This document shows, in pieces, positions 58,083 to 64,000 of a stretch of 64,000 bases of DNA (its first letter is position 1; each line of letters begins with the position of its first letter). The DNA is from an uncultured virus (IMG/VR IMGVR_UViG_3300002835_000011) (lineage: Duplodnaviria > Heunggongvirae > Uroviricota > Caudoviricetes): IMG/VR virus record IMGVR_UViG_3300002835_000011, one strand, 5' to 3'. The notes below the pieces were generated by a model. It worked only from the letters and a program-made list of their open reading frames with translations, ran no database searches and was not told the origin of the DNA. Position numbers and translations under genes: made by a program.

Positions 58083-58134
58083 CTTAAATGATTTTAACAA
58101 AAATAGGAATAAAAGATTTCTAAAAAAAATGATT

Positions 58135-58641
58135 TTAGAATTTAAGTATAGATTTAAGCTTCTCTGCACCGCCTTCTATGCTCTTCATAACATTATGGCC
58201 TGCATCTTTAGCGGCATTTATTATTTCTTCCATATCTATATCAAGATCCTCCATAGACATAGGAACTTTAGCAACGTCCTCGTCTCCCGTTTTTGTACAA
58301 CCAGATTTACATGTAAAGCTTAAGCTCATACCTGGTAATTCAAACTTAATTTTAGATTTCCCTAGATTTGCTTTTATAGCTTTAACAGTCTCGCCATCCT
58401 TAGCTAAATCACTGGTTACATCCTTACCTAATGCAGATACCGATATAGAATTACCATTAGGAAAATCCTTAACCTTTATACCTACTACACCCGCGCTAAC
58501 GACGTACGTATATGTTTTATTATTTTCTTTGTCTACAACTTTAATATGTCCCTCTGGAGTTGCACTCATTGTAAAACTATCAACTACAAACTCCGATTCA
58601 TTTACAGATTGGAAGTTTTCGAAAAGTTTTATATGTCTCAT
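58135..58641 (-). CDS. Putative virion protein
   Basis: MRHIKLFENFQSVNES leader. Confidence 0.7.
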   Translation of the reverse strand: MRHIKLFENFQSVNESEFVVDSFTMSATPEGHIKVVDKENNKTYTYVVSAGVVGIKVKDFPNGNSISVSALGKDVTSDLAKDGETVKAIKANLGKSKIKFELPGMSLSFTCKSGCTKTGDEDVAKVPMSMEDLDIDMEEIINAAKDAGHNVMKSIEGGAEKLKSILKF

Positions 58642-58835
58642 AAAGATTTCTCCCGTTTATTTGCATTCTCGTTTGTGATTTTATCGAATGCGTATTCCCA
58701 ATGATCCCTAATAGTTTTGTACTTGTGTTTATCCTGAAATTTCATTTTATCGAGTTGTTTATAGAATGCCTCAGAAATACCTCTTTCTTTAACATTAATG
58801 TACATCTCATAAAAAAAATCTTCGCAAGCAGCCAT
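58638..58835 (-). CDS. Small hypothetical protein
   Basis: 65-aa ORF; AATATATA upstream. Confidence 0.6.
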   Translation of the reverse strand: MAACEDFFYEMYINVKERGISEAFYKQLDKMKFQDKHKYKTIRDHWEYAFDKITNENANKREKSL

Positions 58836-58883
58836 AATACAAAGGAATTATTTTTACTATTCTATATATTCGAAAACTATTAA

Positions 58884-59225
58884 TTATTCTATTCTGGTAA
58901 ATCTCAAGAAGGAGTTCTCTGAAATAAACATAGATGAGTATCTTTCTGCACGGTCCATTAACTTTTCTCGATCCATATCTTCTAGACCAAGCTTTTTATA
59001 ATCATCTATTGCTTCCGCTATTAACTCCTCACTTATCTTTTTGTGTTTATAAATAACCGCTTTTTTATTTATTGAATCAATTGCTGATATTATTTTTCCA
59101 CACTCCTCATAAAATTCTAAGGTTTCAAATTTCTGAAGAAGTATAAGGGTGGGAACTATACCGAAGTTAATTATAAATTTCTGATAATCATCCTTAGAGG
59201 TTTTAAACATTACCAGCTCTTTCAT
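58884..59225 (-). CDS. Hypothetical protein
   Basis: FE.LEFYEEC..I motif. Confidence 0.6.
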   Translation of the reverse strand: MKELVMFKTSKDDYQKFIINFGIVPTLILLQKFETLEFYEECGKIISAIDSINKKAVIYKHKKISEELIAEAIDDYKKLGLEDMDREKLMDRAERYSSMFISENSFLRFTRIE

Positions 59226-59238
59226 ACCCCATTTTTAT

Positions 59239-59679
59239 CTATTTATCCGGGATTATTCCTAGATCATCTAAAAGATCCCTGTCCCAATTTTTATAAAATC
59301 CGATTTTCATAAGGTGTGATCTAGCATCTAATAATTCGCCTTTTCTTTGTATTATTATTGCTGGATATTCCCAAACTGTTTTATTTCCGTTGAGACGGAG
59401 AGTTTCTTCCGGATGTGTATCTAGAAAAAGATATTCAGGGAAAATTTGATTATAGTATTCACATACCATTCCTAGATCATCGTACTCTATACCAATTCTA
59501 GGAACGACACAAACAGATATACCATCTTTTAGTGGTATCAAATCGGGTATAGTTGACCCATCCTCAACTAGAATTACCTCCCTGTTCATAAATGCCTTTA
59601 GAGCATAGGGACAAGCAGGACCTAATTTAGGAGAAGATATTCTAGATATCCAATCATATAGTGATTCATTAAGATTCAT
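59239..59679 (-). CDS. DUF1415-like protein
   Basis: WI...CPYA, HP and L...GFY..W. Confidence 0.55.
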   Translation of the reverse strand: MNLNESLYDWISRISSPKLGPACPYALKAFMNREVILVEDGSTIPDLIPLKDGISVCVVPRIGIEYDDLGMVCEYYNQIFPEYLFLDTHPEETLRLNGNKTVWEYPAIIIQRKGELLDARSHLMKIGFYKNWDRDLLDDLGIIPDK

Positions 59680-60095
59680 ATGTCTTTAACAATAAAGAAG
59701 ATAGATTCAGATGGGTCATCCCTTACCGTATATTTTGGATGGTATTCGTCCTCATCGCCATTGTCATTTAGACCGATTGCTGGCTCTCCAACTAGGTAAT
59801 TATATACTTCATAAGGATCATCAATTATACCAACTGAATATTCGCCAGTTCCGAATGGATCCTTTACCGCTTCTATTTCAGTAACTACAACATAGGAGTA
59901 TTCGAAAATATTATTATAGATTTTTAGCTTATGAAATTCCTTTATTAAATATCTTGCCTCCATACTAGTGGCTAGTCTCTTACCTCCAGAAAGTGTGCTA
60001 ACATAATTCAATAGATCCTTGTAATATTTTAATTCATTTTCTTTTGGAATTAATTCGATTTTACCTATTTTGAGCGGTCTATTTCTTAACATCAC
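59676..60095 (-). CDS. Hypothetical protein, possible divergent paralogue of 46283..46591
   Basis: G.IE, GG.RL.T..E, KL.I and terminal IVKDI versus LVRTI. Confidence 0.5.
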   Translation of the reverse strand: MMLRNRPLKIGKIELIPKENELKYYKDLLNYVSTLSGGKRLATSMEARYLIKEFHKLKIYNNIFEYSYVVVTEIEAVKDPFGTGEYSVGIIDDPYEVYNYLVGEPAIGLNDNGDEDEYHPKYTVRDDPSESIFFIVKDI

Positions 60096-61000
60096 TTAAT
60101 ATCAACATTTACTCCAACATATCCACGATTTAAATAATCCTTGGATATTTTAGATCCTGGGAAATTCTTTCTTATATATGCCATGTATAGATTGAGTCTT
60201 CTATCGTCACCGTCGTAAGCTATACTAGGAACAAATGAAAATGTTTTTACATCCGGATTATTTTTTAGATAATCTTTTAATATTCCCATAATGGTACTCA
60301 TTATTGTTAATGGCTGACCAGCATTAGTTATATCATCTCTATTGCCATCACAAGAAAAATAAAATGATATACCATTTAATGTATTCCTAGATATATGAAC
60401 CTCATAAAGCTCCGGTCCAAGATAGAATCTATAAAGCGCTCCCTCCTTGTTGTCATACACCAAATCCCATGGCAGATTATCTATATTGGCTTCACCTATC
60501 TCGTTAAGTTTAGACTCATCTAAGAATTTATCTATATAAAATCCATCATACTTGAGTATATTGCCATGCGAATGCTTTTCCTCAATATTACCTCTCTTGA
60601 ATATGTCGTTAAAAGAGTCAGGGAGTAAATTAATATACCCGCCACTGATCCTTTTTAAGTACAGGGCTAAACCAGTATACATCGTTGACGAAAAGGGAAT
60701 TGGTGAAGAAAGCAGTATTACTGCATAAGGTGCTAGTTTTGGAATTTCCTTTAGTTGTTCTAAAGCATTTTTAAATTCCTCCTCAGTGGGTTGATCCCCT
60801 CTAGTGTCAAGTCTTAATTTTTTTCTGAGGTGATAATTAAAAACCCTCATCATTTCAGATGTTTCTCTGCCCTCTTGTTTAAAAGCATTCAAAACATTAT
60901 AAGCAATATCTTTGGCTCTGCGATAAGCAAACTTTAAAGCTTCCCAAGATATTTCCTCCTTAATAAGATTATTCGATAGCGGTTTTCTGTGGCGATCCAT
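60092..61000 (-). CDS. Two-domain putative virion protein
   Basis: IKEE, internal ILKYDGF..KLNE, C-terminal domain with GDDRR..Y. Confidence 0.65.
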   Translation of the reverse strand: MDRHRKPLSNNLIKEEISWEALKFAYRRAKDIAYNVLNAFKQEGRETSEMMRVFNYHLRKKLRLDTRGDQPTEEEFKNALEQLKEIPKLAPYAVILLSSPIPFSSTMYTGLALYLKRISGGYINLLPDSFNDIFKRGNIEEKHSHGNILKYDGFYIDKFLDESKLNEIGEANIDNLPWDLVYDNKEGALYRFYLGPELYEVHISRNTLNGISFYFSCDGNRDDITNAGQPLTIMSTIMGILKDYLKNNPDVKTFSFVPSIAYDGDDRRLNLYMAYIRKNFPGSKISKDYLNRGYVGVNVDIK

Positions 61001-61015
61001 ATATCTATGAGTATG

Positions 61016-61660
61016 CTATTTGTCTACCACAGTAACAAATTTCTCGGTTAATGATCCAGATTTGTGTTTTGCTTCCTCGTAACCTTCCCTTCCCTTGTAT
61101 TTAGCAAGATCCGAAAAATCCCCCCCGTGTCCTAGTCCACCTCTTCTTGCTATAAGATAATGAGTTCCCTCTGGGACCTTAACTAAAGGAACCCCAACGT
61201 TTAATCTAGTTCCTGATAAATCCATCTTTATCTTCTTAACATCTGGCTTAACACTTATAGTTTTAAGATATTCGTTAAGTTCTAGAGTTAATACGTTTAA
61301 TAGCTGATGGATAGTATCTCCTTTACCTCCAGTTGCGTGTTTAAGGAGGAATCCAGAGCTGGATCCATCATAGCTTATCTTAAATGAAAGGGGGGTTTTT
61401 TCAATCTTTATCTTCGGTACAACTCTACCTCCAATCTTATTGGCTCCATTCCAGAAAGCCTCTTTACCGAAATGCGTCCAACAATCATTGTTCGGACAAG
61501 ATGCCTCATCGTTCCTATCTGGTAATATTTCAACAGAAGCACCAGAAGCACCAGCTTCTTCTCCACCTGAAGTCATGCCAAGCATCTTAGAAAACTTAGA
61601 AGCATAGGTGCTAAATAATTGTTCGTTAACGAACTGGTTTAGAGTTTTAATGTGTCTCAT
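61016..61660 (-). CDS. Protein with EQLF leader and unknown cargo domain
   Basis: MRHIKTLNQFVNEQLF..KMLG; GATATATA at 61665-61672; RRGGLGH motif. Confidence 0.7.
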   Translation of the reverse strand: MRHIKTLNQFVNEQLFSTYASKFSKMLGMTSGGEEAGASGASVEILPDRNDEASCPNNDCWTHFGKEAFWNGANKIGGRVVPKIKIEKTPLSFKISYDGSSSGFLLKHATGGKGDTIHQLLNVLTLELNEYLKTISVKPDVKKIKMDLSGTRLNVGVPLVKVPEGTHYLIARRGGLGHGGDFSDLAKYKGREGYEEAKHKSGSLTEKFVTVVDK

Positions 61661-61694
61661 GATCTATATATCAATAAAGCCTACTGATGTCGTG

Positions 61695-62198
61695 TTATAA
61701 AAAATTCTTATACGGATCATACACTACTCCATAAGTAGTCATAAAATCCATATTATGTTTGAAAAGCATATCATCTAAATCTCTAGTCATGATAACTCTT
61801 GCAGTGTGATAACTCTTGTTGGTTGTTAAATCACTGTAAATAAAATTTACATCCTCTAGCTCCTTATCAGCCATTATTTTATCTGGGTTTTTTACAGTGT
61901 TCCAATGTTTTTTTACATCAATATAGAATTTATGCGGGTCGTAATAAATCTTAAAATTCGATAGCTCAGCATATTCGGTCTGATCATTAAGATCATAATT
62001 ACTCGAATACCTCATTTCGTCAAAATCTACTATTCTATCTATGTCTTTCGGAATGTAATCGAAATATGAATATAGGTTTTCACGGAAATCCTTAACTATA
62101 TCTTCCTCGCTATTAGCAACATAGCAATAATAGTTGAGATAACCAGTTTGATAAGAACTCTCCATCTCTAATTCCAATATTGCATATATCTTATTCAC
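61695..62198 (-). CDS. Hypothetical protein
   Basis: 167-aa ORF, GTG start. Confidence 0.6.
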   Translation of the reverse strand: MNKIYAILELEMESSYQTGYLNYYCYVANSEEDIVKDFRENLYSYFDYIPKDIDRIVDFDEMRYSSNYDLNDQTEYAELSNFKIYYDPHKFYIDVKKHWNTVKNPDKIMADKELEDVNFIYSDLTTNKSYHTARVIMTRDLDDMLFKHNMDFMTTYGVVYDPYKNFL

Positions 62199-62210
62199 TA
62201 ATCCAAGATT

Positions 62211-62330
62211 TTATTTTTTAACACAATTAGGTACGACTTTACCGTCTTTTAATTTGGTACCAATCTGATTATACCCTTTCCAACAAGGATTTTTCTTTTC
62301 AGCTATAAATTCTTTGTAACGTAGTATCAT
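62211..62330 (-). CDS. 39-aa microprotein MILRYKEFIAEKKNPCWKGYNQIGTKLKDGKVVPNCVKK
   Basis: Translated by hand; T4-like targeting leader plus CWKGY..VPNCV motif. Confidence 0.8.
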   Translation of the reverse strand: MILRYKEFIAEKKNPCWKGYNQIGTKLKDGKVVPNCVKK

Positions 62331-62334
62331 AATA

Positions 62335-63432
62335 TTAACCTCCAAACCCAAATGTTTTTAGTGCAGACCCTCCTTGTATTAAATCAGAATCGCTCTTCAT
62401 TAGATCCTTAACTACAGGATAAAAAATCTCAGTTTCTGATAGATCTTTTACTAATTGGGCGTAAAATAATGGATTACTTTTCTTAGTTTCTATTAAATAA
62501 TTATGAATGAAGTTATAGGTATCAGTAGTAATTTCTTTTGATCCAGATTCGTAAATTGCTATTATTTGATCAGCTAATTCAATAGCGAATTTCCTTTTTC
62601 CTTTATCCTCCTCAGAAAGCTGTGAAAATTGGTATCTATAATAAGTTTTATAGTTGTTCCACAGATCCTTTATTTTTTTAAGAAAAGCATTTTCTAACCC
62701 CTTTAATGTTTTAACTCTGATCTTATACGTAGAAGGAACTGGTGCTCCTTCCAGGGTGATTTCAATTCTGCTTCCAAAATGTAATCCTTCGCCTTTATCA
62801 AAAATACCGAAAGGCGTTTCATTTTTGAGCCTTATATACATACCATTATTCTCTAATTCTGGTTCGAAATTGAAAACACTATTGAAAAATTTATATGCCG
62901 GTATTTCTAAAACTTTTGAAAGATCTGTAATATACTTGTTAGTATCCACTATCACTTTAGATATAGTTTCATCTACAGCGGGACCGTTATATTTTCTACT
63001 AAGATCCAATAAAGAAGTGTAAAATCTACTACCCTTTATCTTATTATATGTGTTAACATTTATAGATCCGTTAAAAACAAAATTCTCCAATTCTTGGGAT
63101 TTTACGCCCTGAAGATGTAGATAATTGTTAGCCAAGAAGTAGATGTATACATAATCAAAAAGTTTATCCCATGTATCCAATTCAACATTTTGAGGGCCCA
63201 CAGGATAAGAGCCATAGTAAAAAATTCCACCCACAGTAACTTTAAAACTATATCCAGAAGCCCTCCCTATTTCTAATGTTCCATTTCTAAGTATATTCAA
63301 TGAACCTCCCATAGAAGCTATTCTCTTGTAAGAATCTAGTTTCTGTAACTCCTTCAGATCCGCCTCGGTTTTTGGAAGAACCAGTTTATGATATTTGCTT
63401 TCAAAAAGTCTGAAAGATTTAACATGTTTCAT
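62335..63432 (-). CDS. Putative virion protein (MKHVKSF leader, C-terminal GGSALKTFG tag)
   Basis: Start moved to the ATG after GATATATA at 63438-63445. Confidence 0.7.
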   Translation of the reverse strand: MKHVKSFRLFESKYHKLVLPKTEADLKELQKLDSYKRIASMGGSLNILRNGTLEIGRASGYSFKVTVGGIFYYGSYPVGPQNVELDTWDKLFDYVYIYFLANNYLHLQGVKSQELENFVFNGSINVNTYNKIKGSRFYTSLLDLSRKYNGPAVDETISKVIVDTNKYITDLSKVLEIPAYKFFNSVFNFEPELENNGMYIRLKNETPFGIFDKGEGLHFGSRIEITLEGAPVPSTYKIRVKTLKGLENAFLKKIKDLWNNYKTYYRYQFSQLSEEDKGKRKFAIELADQIIAIYESGSKEITTDTYNFIHNYLIETKKSNPLFYAQLVKDLSETEIFYPVVKDLMKSDSDLIQGGSALKTFGFGG

Positions 63433-63437
63433 ATCTC

Positions 63438-63462
63438 TATATATCAAACTAAAAGATATATA
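63438..63462. promoter_or_regulatory. Back-to-back divergent GATATATA boxes
   Basis: TATATATC at 63438-63445 and GATATATA at 63455-63462, each 5 nt from an ATG. Confidence 0.75.
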
Positions 63463-63467
63463 AATGA

Positions 63468-64000
63468 ATGAAAAAGATATTAAGATACTCGCAATTTATT
63501 AATGAGATGTGGGACACAATCCCAGATCTCCGTGTCATAAAAAGAATTCCTGCAAGGGACGAGGACATGACCTACGAATTCGAGATTGATGGTGATATGT
63601 ACATGGTTTTTATTCTAGTAAGGAGATGGGAAGACAACACTGTAACTCTAGAAATACATTTCTCTTCTAAAGCTGATCCGTCCGATACAAAATACTCAGA
63701 CTCTCTCACAGGAAGAAACAACATGCAAGATGTTATGGGCAGTGTGTGGTGGGCAGTTAAGGAATGGGCTAGAGAAAGAAGTAAAGGTGGAAATTTAAGA
63801 TCTATCATAGTTGTTGCTAAATCAGAAACATTAGGTGATGATAGAAGAGCTAGAATATACAATCACTTCATAATGAAGAAAGCAAAAGAATCTGGAATGA
63901 TTATCACAAAAACCACAGACATCACAGACATGTATAACGAATTAGGACTAAGTATCTCTAATGCTATTGTAACTAAATATTCCGTTGACAATTTCCCTCT
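63468..64000 (+). CDS. Partial putative virion protein (MKKILRYSQFINE leader)
   Basis: Frame open to the window end; GDDRRARIY motif like 60092..61000. Confidence 0.75.
   Translation, partial: MKKILRYSQFINEMWDTIPDLRVIKRIPARDEDMTYEFEIDGDMYMVFILVRRWEDNTVTLEIHFSSKADPSDTKYSDSLTGRNNMQDVMGSVWWAVKEWARERSKGGNLRSIIVVAKSETLGDDRRARIYNHFIMKKAKESGMIITKTTDITDMYNELGLSISNAIVTKYSVDNFP

Noticed and set aside
1..64000. Stop-codon reassignment (TAG or TGA recoding) as seen in some large Bacteroidota phages
   Set aside because: Conserved enzymes are full length in the standard code, and TAG, TGA and TAA all terminate genes that abut their neighbours.
1..64000. CRISPR array or cas genes
   Set aside because: No regularly spaced direct repeats and no Cas motifs were seen.
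1..64000. Bacterial chromosome or eukaryotic giant virus origin
   Set aside because: Endolysins, sigma factors, T4-like helicase and ligase, dense small ORFans and the lack of housekeeping operons fit a large bacteriophage.

Overview
AT-rich, gene-dense 64-kb segment of a large (jumbo-type) dsDNA phage genome, read in the standard code. The host is most likely Bacteroidota: there is a Bacteroidetes-type primary sigma-70 homologue, TAnnTTTG promoters, a T9SS sorting domain, and A-rich translation starts with no evident Shine-Dalgarno sequence. No capsid, terminase or polymerase core genes are recognisable, so this is an accessory region. It carries metabolic and counter-defence enzymes (ThyA, RNA ligase, Dda-like helicase, ClpP-like protease, NADAR, three metallophosphoesterases, a deoxyhypusine-synthase-like enzyme and a SpeD-like decarboxylase), two sigma factors and a lysis cassette. 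Five things stand out. (i) About 18 otherwise unrelated proteins share an N-terminal 'MKHIKxFxxF..xE' leader that resembles the T4 capsid-targeting propeptide, mostly behind a GATATATA box. A four-member subfamily has an extended 'EQLF-x8-K[LM][LM]G' leader fused to swappable envelope-hydrolase-like cargo, and a three-member subfamily shares a C-terminal tag. (ii) A 9-gene operon encodes a T9SS-type cohesin/dockerin protein, a dockerin-bearing lectin, CsgG-like proteins, an outer-membrane barrel, a nuclease and an HExxH protein. (iii) A three-hairpin RNA lies just upstream of that operon. (iv) A tRNA-shaped RNA has no canonical anticodon arm. (v) Three promoter classes can be read from the sequence. 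All family assignments come from motifs recognised by eye; no searches were run.
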